The notes under the pieces: generated by a model
Database searches by the model: none
What the model was told of the DNA's origin: nothing
What the model saw: the letters and a program-made list of their open reading frames with translations, nothing else
Source of the DNA: Mycobacteriales bacterium
GTDB taxonomy: Bacteria > Actinomycetota > Actinomycetes > JAFAQI01
Direction of reading: 5' to 3'
Assembly (NCBI GenBank): GCA_035547035.1
Contig: DASZVL010000087.1
Coordinates: 130,298 to 194,297 of the forward strand
DNA length: 64,000 nucleotides
Made by a program: the position numbers and the translations under genes
In this document: piece after piece, positions 33,256-44,894 of the stretch
Layout of the letters: each line of letters begins with the position of its first letter
Numbering within the stretch: position 1 is the first letter of the stretch

Positions 33256-33870
33256 GTGGCCACTGCACCTGACGGTCGCTCGCTGGTCGGTCGCACGGTC
33301 CGGCTCGACCCGGCGTCGGACCACGATGCCGAGGCGTTGTTTCGAGCACTGGACGACGACCGGGTCTGGGAGATGGGCTACGGCGGCGCGAAGCCACGGC
33401 CGACGTCGGCGGGTGGCTGGCGCCGAACGATGGAGCAGGCCGCGAAGGACGACCGCGTCATGTACGTCGTGCGGCTGATCGGCTCCGCGGACTCGCGTGA
33501 CGGACGCATCGTCGGCACGACGAGCATCGGCGACATCGACGTCGACAACGAGAAGGCGCATGTCGGCTGGACGGCGTACTCGCCTGACGTCTGGCAGACG
33601 ACGGTCAACCCGGAGTGCAAGCTGCTCCTGCTCTGGCACTGCTTCGAGCACTGCGGTCTCGGCCGGGTGAAGATCCAGACCGACGTCATCAACGTCCGCT
33701 CGCAGGCCGCGATCGCGAAGCTTGGTGCGGCGCGCGAAGGGATCGTGCGGCGCGACATGAAGCGCGGCGACGGCACGTGGCGCGACTCGGTCGTCTTCTC
33801 CGTGATCATCGACGACTGGCCGCGAGTGAAGGCGGGCCTGGAAGCCCGGCTTCAGGAGGTCACGAAGTAG
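33256..33870 (+). CDS. GNAT family N-acetyltransferase (RimJ/RimL-like)
   Basis: 204 aa: ...CKLLLLWHCFEHCGLGRVKIQTDVINVRSQAAIAKLGAAREGIVRRD. Confidence 0.8.
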   Translation: MATAPDGRSLVGRTVRLDPASDHDAEALFRALDDDRVWEMGYGGAKPRPTSAGGWRRTMEQAAKDDRVMYVVRLIGSADSRDGRIVGTTSIGDIDVDNEKAHVGWTAYSPDVWQTTVNPECKLLLLWHCFEHCGLGRVKIQTDVINVRSQAAIAKLGAAREGIVRRDMKRGDGTWRDSVVFSVIIDDWPRVKAGLEARLQEVTK

Positions 33871-35060
33871 CTCGCCACCGGATGGCCGCGGCGCCCGATC
33901 GACATGCTGAGGAACCGGTCCACGTGGGCGGCGAGCCGCCTCGGGGTCGACCAGGTGCCGTGTGAGAGGTACTCGTGCATGAGAACTCCGCCGTCCGTGC
34001 CGGCAACCACCGGGTTGTGCACATACACCGCGTGAAGGGCTCCGGTTGCGCGGTTCACCGCCAGCTGGACGTTGTCGTCGTGGCCCGTTGTGTGGGCCAG
34101 TGGCACGAGCGGCTGCCAGGTTCCCTGCTTGCTCATGTGCAGTAGCTGCGGCGGGTCGAAATCGTGGCGGTGGCCGCGTCGGTTGTCGTAGGCGCTGAAC
34201 ACGACCCACACCTGCCCGTCGCCTGCAGCCGCTGAGGCGAGCTGGACGCGAGACTTGAGCCGCCCGGTCGTCGAGAATGTCGGCTGCGGCATCCCCGGAA
34301 TCGCGGTCGGCCCGTCCCATGTCCGGCCGTCATCGTCAGACGTCCACGACCACCAGCTGTCGGCGTCGAAGCTGCCTTGCTGGTTGAAGCCCGCTTGGTC
34401 GCCGATCATGTAGAGGCGTCCGGTGGATGCGTCCCGCATCGCTGCGCGTTCGGTGATCGGTTCCGTGGCGTTGCCCGGATCGGGCGGCGTCGCGGTCGGC
34501 GTCAGCGCGCCCCCAAGCACTCCCGTGCACACCCGACGGCCGAGCCCGTTGTCGACGTACGTCGTGATGCGGTCGTGAGGCAACAGCCAGATGACGCCTC
34601 GGCACTCCTTGTTGGTGACGATGTACTTCGGGCGTGGCAGGCGCCGGGCGGTGATCGAGGCTGAGGTGTACCGGTAGGTGTTCGCGTAGAAGATGACCCG
34701 CTTGCCGTCGGTCGAAAGCGTCGGCGACCAGTTCACGGCATACGGCTCTTCCTTCGGTACGCCGGGAATCCGGTGCCGTGTCCAGTGGCGCTGACCGCGC
34801 CACTTCGTGAGATAGACGAAGTGCTTCAGGTCCGCGCTCAGCGTCACGACGTGCTCGCCACCGCGCCGGTCCTGGACCTGCCCGCCGTCGAGGACCCGGC
34901 TGACCCGCCCATAGCGGGTGACGTAGAAGCCGTCGGTGGCAGAGCGCGCTGACGCCGCGGAGTGCACGGTGTGCCGGGATGCCGCAGCCGCCGGCAAGGT
35001 GGTCGCCCCGGCCGCCAGTGTCACGCCGGCCACGATCAGCCTCATCCGCGCTCTGCTCAT
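33852..35060 (-). CDS. secreted BNR/Asp-box (sialidase-like beta-propeller) protein, function unknown
   Basis: In-frame ATG 35060 gives the signal peptide MSRARMRLIVAGVTLAAGATTLPAAAA. One clear Asp-box, SDDDGRTW. The longer 585-aa ORF version overlaps purD and is rejected. Confidence 0.55.
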   Translation of the reverse strand: MSRARMRLIVAGVTLAAGATTLPAAAASRHTVHSAASARSATDGFYVTRYGRVSRVLDGGQVQDRRGGEHVVTLSADLKHFVYLTKWRGQRHWTRHRIPGVPKEEPYAVNWSPTLSTDGKRVIFYANTYRYTSASITARRLPRPKYIVTNKECRGVIWLLPHDRITTYVDNGLGRRVCTGVLGGALTPTATPPDPGNATEPITERAAMRDASTGRLYMIGDQAGFNQQGSFDADSWWSWTSDDDGRTWDGPTAIPGMPQPTFSTTGRLKSRVQLASAAAGDGQVWVVFSAYDNRRGHRHDFDPPQLLHMSKQGTWQPLVPLAHTTGHDDNVQLAVNRATGALHAVYVHNPVVAGTDGGVLMHEYLSHGTWSTPRRLAAHVDRFLSMSIGRRGHPVASYFVTS

Positions 35061-35105
35061 GCGCTTCCTACGTCCGGCCGTCCGGTTCGGTTGACAGCCA
35101 TTCAG

Positions 35106-35120
35106 TAGCCTCGCGGCGTG
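35106..35120 (+). promoter_or_regulatory. -10-like TAGCCT followed after 6 nt by the purD GTG (predicted leaderless mRNA)
   Basis: AGTAGCCTCGCGGCGTG: TAGCCT at 35106-35111, GTG at 35118-35120, and no Shine-Dalgarno sequence. Confidence 0.4.
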
Positions 35121-36361
35121 CGAGTGCTGGTTGTCGGAGGTGGCGGACGCGAGCACGCGCTCTGTCTCGCGTTGTCCCGCGACCCCTCGGTCGACGCCTT
35201 GTTCTGCGCGCCGGGCAACCCGGGGATCGGGCAGGTGGCCGAGCTGCTGCCCGGCGGCGACTGGGTTGCTGCCGCGAAGCAGGCTTCGGCGGACCTGGTC
35301 GTGATCGGGCCGGAGGCGCCGCTCGTCGCAGGCGCTGCTGACGAGCTCCGGGCTGCGGGGTTCGACGTCTTCGGGCCGAGCGCGGCGGCGGCGCAGCTCG
35401 AGGGCAGCAAGGCCTTCGCCAAAGCGGTGATGGTCGCGGCCGGTGTCCCGACCGCCGGCTACCGGCGGTGCACCACACCCGCGGAGGTCGCTGCCGCGCT
35501 CGAGGAGTTCGGGGCGCCGTACGTCGTGAAGCATGACGAGCTCGCCGCGGGCAAGGGCGTCGTCGTGACGGATGACCGCGATGCCGCGCTCGCGCACGCC
35601 GCTGGTCACACCGTCGTGATCGAGGAGTACCTCGACGGTCCCGAGGTCTCGCTGTTCTGCGTCACGGACGGTGAGGCGGTCGTCCCGTTGGTCCCCGCGC
35701 AGGACTTCAAGCGCGTCCGCGACGACGACGAGGGCCCGAACACCGGCGGGATGGGCGCCTACACGCCATTGCCGTGGGCACCCGCCGGTCTCGTCGACGA
35801 GGTCGTCGAGAGAGTCGTGACGCCGACCATCAGGGAGATGGCCAGGCGTGGCACCCCGTTCGCGGGGTTGCTGTACGCCGGGCTGGCGCTCACGTCGCGA
35901 GGCGTGCGGGTCGTCGAGTTCAACGCGCGCTTCGGCGACCCCGAGACGCAGTCGGTCCTCGCCATGCTCGAGTCACCGCTGGGTGCGCTGCTCTTCGCGG
36001 CAGCCACCGGTGCGCTCGCCGACCACCCGCCGCTGAAGTGGCGAGACGGAGCATCTGTGACGGTCGTCGTCGCAGCCCATGGCTATCCCGAGTCGCCGCG
36101 GACCGGTGATCCGATCGAGGGTCTCGACGAGATCTCGACCGCTGACGTCCTCCACGCCGGAACCGCCCGCGACGGCGACCGGCTGGTCACGAGCGGCGGT
36201 CGGGTGCTGGCCGTGACGTCGGTCGGCGCCGACCTGGCAGGTGCGAGAGAATCGGCGTACGACGCCGTCAAGCACGTCCGGATCGACGGCGCGCACTACC
36301 GCAGTGACATCGCACTGCGCGCAGCGCAGCAGGAGACGCAGCAAGCGGCCGAGGAGAGCTG

Positions 36362-36362
<1 letters not shown>
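35118..36362 (+). CDS. purD: phosphoribosylamine--glycine ligase
   Basis: VRVLVVGGGGREHAL..., ATP-grasp core, FNARFGDPETQ. Confidence 0.95.
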
Positions 36363-37669
<1,307 letters not shown>

Positions 37670-37718
37670 CGACCGCCGTGGCCCGCTCCATCCTTGGGCG
37701 GCTGGTGGGGTGGTGGAC

Positions 37719-38606
37719 GTGATCAGCGGTCTGGAGGATCGCCACCTCTACACCGGGAAGGTCCGGGACCTGTACGACGCGGGCGACGGCCTGCTGCTGA
37801 TGGTCGCGAGCGACAAGATCTCCGCTTTCGACTACGACCTCGCGACGGCGATCCCTGACAAGGGCGCGATCCTCACCCAGATGTCGTTGTGGTGGTTCGA
37901 GCAGCTCGCCGACATCGTCCCCAACCATCTTGTCTCCTCCGATGTCGCCGACTACCCCGCGCCGTTCTCGTCGTACGTCGATGAGCTGCGCGGCCGCTCG
38001 GTGCTCTGTCGCAAGCTCGAGATGGTCGGCGTCGAGTGCGTCGCACGGGGTTATCTGGCGGGCAGCGGCGTCATCGACTACGAGGCGAACGGCTCGGTGT
38101 GCGGCGTTCCGTTGCCGCCGGGGCTCGAAGACGGCTCCAGGCTCCCGGAGGCGATCTTCACCCCGACCACCAAGGCCCCGGTCGGGCAGCACGACGAGGC
38201 GATGACCTTCGACGAGGTCGCCGTGCAGGTCGGCGCCGATGTGGCGGAGCAGCTGCGAACCCTGACCCTCGCCGTCTACTCCCGCGGCCGCGACCTGGCC
38301 GAGCGGGCGGGGATCCTGCTGGCCGACACCAAGGTGGAGCTCGGCTGGCTCGACGGCCGGCTCGTCCTCGGTGACGAGGTGCTGACCCCGGACTCGTCAC
38401 GCTTCTGGCCCGCCGACACCTGGAAGCCCGGCGGCGCGCAGCCGTCGTACGACAAGCAGTACGTCCGGGACTGGCTGCGCTTCGAGTCAGGATGGGACCG
38501 CGCGGCGGGTGGGCCACCGCCGCCGTTGCCAGCGGACGTCGTGGCGAAGACGCGCGAGAAGTACGTCGAGGCCTACGAGCGACTGACCGGCCGCCGGTTC
38601 TCGTGA
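37719..38606 (+). CDS. purC: phosphoribosylaminoimidazole-succinocarboxamide (SAICAR) synthase
   Basis: In-frame GTG 37719. LYTGKVRDLY...MVASDKISAFD...LADTKVELG...LGDEVLTPDSSRFW. Confidence 0.93.
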   Translation: MISGLEDRHLYTGKVRDLYDAGDGLLLMVASDKISAFDYDLATAIPDKGAILTQMSLWWFEQLADIVPNHLVSSDVADYPAPFSSYVDELRGRSVLCRKLEMVGVECVARGYLAGSGVIDYEANGSVCGVPLPPGLEDGSRLPEAIFTPTTKAPVGQHDEAMTFDEVAVQVGADVAEQLRTLTLAVYSRGRDLAERAGILLADTKVELGWLDGRLVLGDEVLTPDSSRFWPADTWKPGGAQPSYDKQYVRDWLRFESGWDRAAGGPPPPLPADVVAKTREKYVEAYERLTGRRFS

Positions 38607-38633
38607 CCCGCTGTCTCGCTGCACCTCGGTAGG

Positions 38634-38879
38634 GTGAGCCGCGTGGTGAGAGTGGTTGTCGACGTGATGCCGAAGCCGGAGATCCTCGACCCGCAGGGTC
38701 AGGCGATCGTGCGCGCGCTGCCCGGGCTCGGCTTCGACGGCGTCGCATCGGTCCGGCAGGGCAAGCGGTTCGAGCTCGAGATCGACGCCGCTGATGCCCA
38801 GGATGTCGCCCGCCGTGCTGCGGAGGAGCTGCTGGCGAACCCGGCGATCGAGGACTTCACGGTTCGTCTGGAGAGCTGA
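38634..38879 (+). CDS. purS: FGAM synthase subunit PurS
   Basis: 81 aa: VVVDVMPKPEILDPQGQAIVRALPGLGF...VRQGKRFELEI. Confidence 0.9.
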   Translation: MSRVVRVVVDVMPKPEILDPQGQAIVRALPGLGFDGVASVRQGKRFELEIDAADAQDVARRAAEELLANPAIEDFTVRLES

Positions 38880-39306
38880 CCAGTCCCAGTCTCAGCGCCT
38901 GGCTGATCTCCGCTACCGCCCGGTTGGTCCGCCCGGGCGAGGCGAAGGCGAGGCCGTCGAGGTGGATCTCGTCTCCGACCTTGAGGCGCAGCGCGACGTG
39001 GCAGCCCGTGAAGTCGGTGACGGCGTACACCTCGCGGATCTCGCGCCGACGGAAGCGCAGGTCGCCCCGGAAGTTGCGGACGGTCGCCCCGTTCTCGTCC
39101 ACGATCAGGCAGACGACCCACAAGCGCCAGATGCCCACGACGAAGGCGGCGCCGAAGACGAGCGTGGGGATCAGGGCGATCGTTCTGAGCAGCGAGTCGA
39201 TGCCGTAGAAGGTCAGCTCCGCATGGACCGCCCAGGCAGCCGCGATGACCAGGATCGCGCAGACGGCGCCACGTGCGGCGCGGGTCAGCCGGGCGCGGAA
39301 GATCAC
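38857..39306 (-). CDS. two-TM membrane protein with a possible bacterial PH-like C-terminal domain (function unknown)
   Basis: 149 aa with two hydrophobic helices followed by a soluble segment, LIVDENGATVRNFRGDLRFRRREIREVY... It overlaps the purS 3' end by 23 nt on the opposite strand. Confidence 0.5.
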   Translation of the reverse strand: MIFRARLTRAARGAVCAILVIAAAWAVHAELTFYGIDSLLRTIALIPTLVFGAAFVVGIWRLWVVCLIVDENGATVRNFRGDLRFRRREIREVYAVTDFTGCHVALRLKVGDEIHLDGLAFASPGRTNRAVAEISQALRLGLVSSPDEP

Positions 39307-39355
39307 GACGCGTGACCCTAGCGAGGCGCCTCAGCTGATGCGTCGCCGTACCGCG

Positions 39356-39607
39356 CTAGTTGATCCCGGGCATCGCCGCGGTGTCGAGGTTCATCGCTGC
39401 GGCGGCGTGCTCCAGGCCGAAGCCGGTGGCCGGGATGATCCGCAGCTCCTTGCGCGGACGCGGGATCCGCGGCGCCGGCTTGGGCACGGCGGCGCCGCAT
39501 TCCTCGCAGTGGTCGTCACGGACGAACACCTCGCGGGCGCAGGCCGCGCACTTGCGCATCGGGCACAGGACGAGTGCGCGGTACCGGCGTGGCGCTCCGT
39601 CTGCCAT
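39356..39607 (-). CDS. small zinc-ribbon protein (function unknown)
   Basis: 83 aa with a CAAC...CEEC four-Cys pattern (KCAACAREVFVRDDHCEECG) and a Pro/Arg-rich linker. No family recognised. Confidence 0.45.
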   Translation of the reverse strand: MADGAPRRYRALVLCPMRKCAACAREVFVRDDHCEECGAAVPKPAPRIPRPRKELRIIPATGFGLEHAAAAMNLDTAAMPGIN

Positions 39608-39764
39608 GACTGCCCCTATGACGATCTTGTTCGGTCTCGTCGAAGTCTGTCCGGATGCCCGATTCGTCGCTATCGCCTATTCGGACCGTTTCGTCTGATC
39701 TGAGATGACTAGTGCGGGCCTGTCGGGACGAAGCCGCCGAGCGGCCCGCCCGTAGACTTGGCTC

Positions 39765-40448
39765 GTGCCAGCCACCACTCGAGTCGGTGTGGTGACCTTC
39801 CCTGGATCGCTCGACGACCGCGATGCGGCGCGCGCCGTCAAGGCGGCCGGCGCCGAGCCGGTCAGCCTCTGGCACGGTGATGCGACCCTGCACGCCGTCG
39901 ATGCGGTCGTCCTTCCCGGTGGCTTCTCCTACGGCGACTACCTGCGCGCCGGCGCCATTGCGCGGTTCTCGCCCGTGGTCGCCGAGATCGTCGCCGCGGC
40001 CGCCGACGGGCTGCCGGTCCTCGGCATCTGCAACGGCTTCCAGGTGCTTTGCGAGGCAGGGCTGCTCCCCGGCGCGCTGATCCGCAACGCCGGACTCCAC
40101 TTCGTCTGCCGCGACCAGAAGCTGCGCGTGGAGTCGACATCGACGCGGTGGACTTCGCAGTACGCCGAGGGCGACGAGATCGTCATCCCGGTGAAGCACG
40201 GTGAGGGCCGCTACGTCGCCGACGCCGCGACCATCGAGCAGCTCGAGCGCGATGGCCGGGTCACGTTCCGCTACCTCGGCGGAAACCCGAACGGCGCGCT
40301 CAACGACATCGCCGGCATCCGCAACGCGGCCGGCAACGTGGTCGGCCTGATGCCGCACCCGGAGCATGCGATCGAGCTGCTCACCGGCCCTTCGGTCGAC
40401 GGGCTTCCGATGTTCGCCTCCGTGATCGAGGCACTCGTCGCCGCATGA
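39765..40448 (+). CDS. purQ: FGAM synthase glutaminase subunit PurQ
   Basis: [14 protein letters not shown]...[12 protein letters not shown]...GICNGFQVL...MPHPE. Confidence 0.95.
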   Translation: MPATTRVGVVTFPGSLDDRDAARAVKAAGAEPVSLWHGDATLHAVDAVVLPGGFSYGDYLRAGAIARFSPVVAEIVAAAADGLPVLGICNGFQVLCEAGLLPGALIRNAGLHFVCRDQKLRVESTSTRWTSQYAEGDEIVIPVKHGEGRYVADAATIEQLERDGRVTFRYLGGNPNGALNDIAGIRNAAGNVVGLMPHPEHAIELLTGPSVDGLPMFASVIEALVAA

Positions 40449-42718
40449 CGAACCCCGCCATCGACACGGTCTCGCACGCAGCCGAAACACCCGACCAGCC
40501 ACAGCCGTACGCCGAGCTCGGGCTGAAGGACGACGAGTACGCCCGGATCCGCGAGATCCTCGGCCGCCGGCCGACCGACAGCGAGCTGGCGATGTACTCG
40601 GTGATGTGGAGCGAGCACTGCTCCTACAAGTCCAGCAAGGTCCACCTGCGCCAGTTCGCGCAAGATCCGCCGGCCAGTGACGCGATGCTCGTCGGGATGG
40701 GCGAGAACGCCGGCGTCGTCGACGTCGGCGACGGCCTTGCCGTCACGTTCAAGGTCGAGAGCCACAACCACCCGAGCTACGTCGAGCCGTATCAGGGAGC
40801 CGCGACGGGCGTCGGCGGCATCGTCCGCGACATCCTCACGATGGGCGCCCGGCCGATTGCGGTCATGGACTCGCTGCGGTTCGGCGACGCCGACGCGCCC
40901 GACACCAAACGCCTCGTCACCGGAGTCGTCGCAGGCGTCGGCGGTTACGGCAACTGCCTCGGCCTGCCCAACATCGGCGGCGAGGTGGGCTTCGACCCGA
41001 CGTACGCCGGCAACCCACTCGTCAACGCGCTGTGCGTCGGAGTCCTTCCGCACGCGCGGCTGCAGCTCGCCCAGGCGAAGGGGACCGGTAACCAGGTCGT
41101 CCTGCTCGGCGCCCTTACCGGCCGCGACGGCATCGGCGGCGTCTCCGTCCTCGCCAGTGCAACCTTCGACGACTCTGTTGATGAAAGCGGCAAAGCCGCG
41201 GGTCCGAGCAAGCGACCGAGCGTCCAGGTCGGCGACCCGTTCACCGAGAAGATCCTCATCGAGTGCTGCCTCGAGCTGTTCGACGCCGGCCTCGTCACCG
41301 GCATCCAGGACCTCGGCGGCGCCGGCCTGTCGTGCGCCACGAGCGAGACCGCGTCCCACGGCGACGGCGGGATGCGCGTCGACCTCGACAAGGTGCCGCT
41401 GCGCGAGCCGTCGATGTCGCCGCTCGAAGTGCTGATGAGCGAGTCGCAGGAGCGGATGCTCGCCATCGTCGCGCCCGGCGACGTCGATGCCGTCCTCGAA
41501 CGATGCAAGAAGTGGGGCGTCGTCGCCACCGTCATCGGCGAGGTAACTGGTGGCGACCATCTGGTGATCACCTGGCGCGGCGAGGTGGTCGTCGATGCAC
41601 CACCCGGATCGCTGGCCGACGACGGGCCCGTCTACCACCGGCCGCTTGCCCGACCCGACGAGGCGCAGGACGCGCTTGCCGCCGACACCTCGGCAAGGCT
41701 GCCTCGCCCGTCGACGGGCGACGAGCTGCGCGACACGTTGCTGAAGCTCGTCGGCTCGCCTGAGCTCTGCTCCCGCCGCTGGGTGACTGAGCAGTACGAC
41801 CGCTACGTGATGGGCGGCACGGTGCTCGCGATGCCGCACGACTCCGGCGTCGTACGGCTCGGCGACGACACCTCGCGTGGCATCGCGTTGGCCCTCGACG
41901 GCAACGGCCGCTTCGCCCGGCTCGATCCGCACGACGGTGCGCAGCTCGCGCTGTCCGAGGCGCACCGCAACGTCGCGTGCGCCGGCGCACGTCCGCTCGC
42001 TGTCTCGGACTGCCTCAACTTCGGCTCGCCGGAGGACCCGTCGGTGATGTGGCAGTTCGCCGAGGCGACTCGCGGTCTGGCCGAGGCCTGCCGCGCGCTC
42101 GGCACTCCGGTGACCGGCGGCAACGTCAGCTTCTACAACCAGACCGGCGCCACCGCGATCAACCCGACGCCCGTCATCGGCGTGCTCGGTGTCATCGCCG
42201 ACGTCAAGCGGCGGGTGCCGAGCGGATTCGCCGCGCCGGGTGAGCAGGTCGTTCTCCTCGGGGGGACCGCCGACGAGCTCGACGGCTCGGCCTGGGCCTG
42301 GGTCGTCCACCGGCATCTCGGTGGCCGGCCGCCTCAGGTTCGGCTCGCCGCCGAGCGGTCGCTCGCCGACGTGCTCGTCGCTGCGTGCGAAGGCTCGCTC
42401 GTCACGGCCGCGCACGATCTGTCGGAAGGCGGTCTGGCGCAGGCACTCGTCGAGGCGTGTCTCGCCGGCGACGTGGGCGCGACCGTCGCGGTGACCGGCG
42501 ACACCTTCGTCTCGCTCTTCAGCGAGAGCGCGGCGCGCGCGATCGTCGCAACAACCGATGCGGCTGCCGTGCTCGCCCTCGCCGAGTCGCGCGGAGTGCC
42601 CGCGGCGGTGATCGGGGAGACCGGCGGTTCGTCGCTGACGGTTGACGGTCAGTTCGCTGTCGGGCTCGACGAGCTGCGCGCGCAGTCAGAAGGAACGCTG
42701 CCCGCGCTGTTCGGATAG
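40445..42718 (+). CDS. purL: FGAM synthase subunit PurL
   Basis: 757 aa: ...[12 protein letters not shown]...ESHNHPS...[13 protein letters not shown]... 4-nt overlap with purQ. Confidence 0.96.
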   Translation: MTNPAIDTVSHAAETPDQPQPYAELGLKDDEYARIREILGRRPTDSELAMYSVMWSEHCSYKSSKVHLRQFAQDPPASDAMLVGMGENAGVVDVGDGLAVTFKVESHNHPSYVEPYQGAATGVGGIVRDILTMGARPIAVMDSLRFGDADAPDTKRLVTGVVAGVGGYGNCLGLPNIGGEVGFDPTYAGNPLVNALCVGVLPHARLQLAQAKGTGNQVVLLGALTGRDGIGGVSVLASATFDDSVDESGKAAGPSKRPSVQVGDPFTEKILIECCLELFDAGLVTGIQDLGGAGLSCATSETASHGDGGMRVDLDKVPLREPSMSPLEVLMSESQERMLAIVAPGDVDAVLERCKKWGVVATVIGEVTGGDHLVITWRGEVVVDAPPGSLADDGPVYHRPLARPDEAQDALAADTSARLPRPSTGDELRDTLLKLVGSPELCSRRWVTEQYDRYVMGGTVLAMPHDSGVVRLGDDTSRGIALALDGNGRFARLDPHDGAQLALSEAHRNVACAGARPLAVSDCLNFGSPEDPSVMWQFAEATRGLAEACRALGTPVTGGNVSFYNQTGATAINPTPVIGVLGVIADVKRRVPSGFAAPGEQVVLLGGTADELDGSAWAWVVHRHLGGRPPQVRLAAERSLADVLVAACEGSLVTAAHDLSEGGLAQALVEACLAGDVGATVAVTGDTFVSLFSESAARAIVATTDAAAVLALAESRGVPAAVIGETGGSSLTVDGQFAVGLDELRAQSEGTLPALFG

Positions 42719-43500
42719 TGGCGACGCTGCGGTTCGACCCCGCCGCGACCCGGCGCGCGGTGCGGGCGGCATGGCTTGCGGTGGTGGACATCGTCAGTGG
42801 CTTGCCGGACGAGGTGTTCGATCTGCCGACCAGGCTCGGCGACTGGCGGGTGTCGGAGCTCGTGGCTCACCTCGCGCGCAACCCCGCCCACATTGCCCGG
42901 ATGCTCGATGCCCCTGACCCGCGTGGAAGGCGCATCGGGCCGAGTGAGTACTACGAGCCGGGAGGTCCGGACGCACGCATCGCCGCGCGTGCCGTGACGG
43001 AGGCCGACGGCAAGACGCCGGAGGATCTGAGAGGCGAGACCCGAGCGGGGACAGCCGCCGCGCTCGACCTGCTCGCGGGACTGGCCGACGATCAGCTGCT
43101 GCACATGGGGTCACGATCGATTCGCCTGGCCGACTACCTCCCGACGCGATGCGTCGAGGCGTGCGTTCACTCCCTCGATCTTTCTGATGCGACCGGCGCC
43201 GATCCACGCCTCGATCGGGCGGCGCTCGGGGTGGCGACGAGGCTGCTCACGGGCATCCTCGCCGAACGTGTCCCAGGTCACAGTGTCGAGCTGCGGGTTC
43301 CGCCGTACGCTGCGGTTCAGTGCGTGGCGGGCCCGCGTCACACCCGGGGCACGCCGCCGAACGTGGTGGAGGTCGAGCCCGTGACGTGGATCGAGATCGC
43401 AACCGGGCGGTTGTCCTGGGACTCGGCAGTCGACGCCGGGCAGATCCGAGCCAGCGGCGAGCGGGCCGACATCTCCGAGCACCTTCCGGTGCTGTCATGA
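42718..43500 (+). CDS. DinB-fold (maleylpyruvate-isomerase-N-like) / sterol-carrier family protein
   Basis: 260 aa. N-terminal WRVSELVAHL-type DinB-like helix; C-terminal SCP-like part (ELRVPPYAAVQCVAG...WIEIATGRLSWDSAV). GTG shares 1 nt with the purL stop. I recall a sterol-carrier family gene after purL in Streptomyces. Confidence 0.6.
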   Translation: MATLRFDPAATRRAVRAAWLAVVDIVSGLPDEVFDLPTRLGDWRVSELVAHLARNPAHIARMLDAPDPRGRRIGPSEYYEPGGPDARIAARAVTEADGKTPEDLRGETRAGTAAALDLLAGLADDQLLHMGSRSIRLADYLPTRCVEACVHSLDLSDATGADPRLDRAALGVATRLLTGILAERVPGHSVELRVPPYAAVQCVAGPRHTRGTPPNVVEVEPVTWIEIATGRLSWDSAVDAGQIRASGERADISEHLPVLS

Positions 43501-44894
43501 GTGGCGTCGCCTACCAGAGCTCGAAGGCTGCCGACGTCGGGCCGCGTCCGCCGAAGGTGCGCGCGACGCCGAAGACGCTTCGCGCGATGCTCGATCGAAC
43601 CCGCAGCGCCGCGATGTTCGAAGGCGTCGCCAGGCACGGCGACGTCGTCGAGCTCGGCGGCCTGGGCTTTCGGATCTGGCTGGTGTCCGACCCGGCCCTG
43701 GCTCGCGAGGTGCTCGTCGACCGCGGCCGGCAGGTCACCAAGGGCTTCGGGATCCGGATGATCGCGATCGGCTTGGGCAACGGCATCCTCACGAACGAGG
43801 ACCCGGTCTCGCACAAGCGCAACCGGCGCCTGATCAACCCGGCGTTCTCGGTGACAGCCCTGAGGAAGTACGCCGATGTGATGTCGGCAGCGGCGATGCG
43901 GGCCGACGAACGGTGGCAGGCCGGCCAGATCGTCGAGATCACCGAGGAGATGGGCCGGATCACGCTCGACGTCGTCGGCCGCACGTTGCTCGGAGACGAC
44001 ACCGAACGCGACGCCCGGACCGTGATCGACTCGCTGGAGGAGATCCTCAAGCGGTTCGGCATCGGCTTCATACCGGGCGCGACCAAGTTGCTCGACACTC
44101 GCTTCCCGCCGGCGGTGAAGATCCGGAACGCGGTCGCGTCGATGCGGTCGACAGTCGAGCGGGTGGTCAGCGACCACAAGCACAGCGACCGCGACTACGA
44201 CGACATCGTCGCGGCGCTGATCGCGGCCACGGAGGATGGCGAAGGCTTCACCGAGCAGCAGGTCCTCGACGAGACGCTGACACTGATGCTCGCCGGATTC
44301 GAGACCACGGCCAACGCGCTCGCGTGGACCTGGTGGCTGCTCGACCAGAACCCGGAGGTCGCCGCCAGGCTCCGTGAGGAGATCGCCGCGACGATCGGTG
44401 ACCGAGCACCGACGTACGACGACATCGCGCGCCTGCCCTACGCGATGGCGACGATCGCCGAGACGATGCGGCTTCGACCGCCGGCGTGGATCCTCGAACG
44501 CGAGACGCTCGAGCCGATCGACCTCGGCGGGTACCACGTGAACGCGGGACAGACGCTGCTGATGAGTCCGTGGATCATCCATCAGGACCCGCGGTGGTGG
44601 GGAGCGGACGCGCACGCGTATCGGCCGGACCGGTGGATCAACGCCGATGGCGCGTTCGACCACAGCGCACCCGGGCAGCCGCGTGGCGCGTACTTTCCGT
44701 TCGGTGCCGGAAGCCGGATGTGCATCGGTGAGCAGTTCGCCTGGTCCGAGGCGGTGCTCGTGCTCGCGACGCTGGCGCGACGCTGGGCGCCGGCGATCGT
44801 TCCCGGCCAGCGCGTCAGGACCTGGGCCGCTGTCACCCTCCGCCCGCATCCGGGTATCAAGATGCGGCTCGAGCCGGCGAAGGTCAGTTTGTGA
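43497..44894 (+). CDS. cytochrome P450
   Basis: In-frame ATG 43497 (ATGA overlap with the upstream gene). I-helix AGFETTA, ExxR ETMRLRPP, heme loop FPFGAGSRMCIGEQFA. Confidence 0.9.
   Translation: MSGVAYQSSKAADVGPRPPKVRATPKTLRAMLDRTRSAAMFEGVARHGDVVELGGLGFRIWLVSDPALAREVLVDRGRQVTKGFGIRMIAIGLGNGILTNEDPVSHKRNRRLINPAFSVTALRKYADVMSAAAMRADERWQAGQIVEITEEMGRITLDVVGRTLLGDDTERDARTVIDSLEEILKRFGIGFIPGATKLLDTRFPPAVKIRNAVASMRSTVERVVSDHKHSDRDYDDIVAALIAATEDGEGFTEQQVLDETLTLMLAGFETTANALAWTWWLLDQNPEVAARLREEIAATIGDRAPTYDDIARLPYAMATIAETMRLRPPAWILERETLEPIDLGGYHVNAGQTLLMSPWIIHQDPRWWGADAHAYRPDRWINADGAFDHSAPGQPRGAYFPFGAGSRMCIGEQFAWSEAVLVLATLARRWAPAIVPGQRVRTWAAVTLRPHPGIKMRLEPAKVSL

Noticed and set aside
35061-35609. 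N-terminal extension of the 585-aa minus-strand ORF
   Set aside because: It overlaps purD on the other strand and has low-complexity Arg-rich composition. The internal ATG at 35060 yields a canonical signal peptide.
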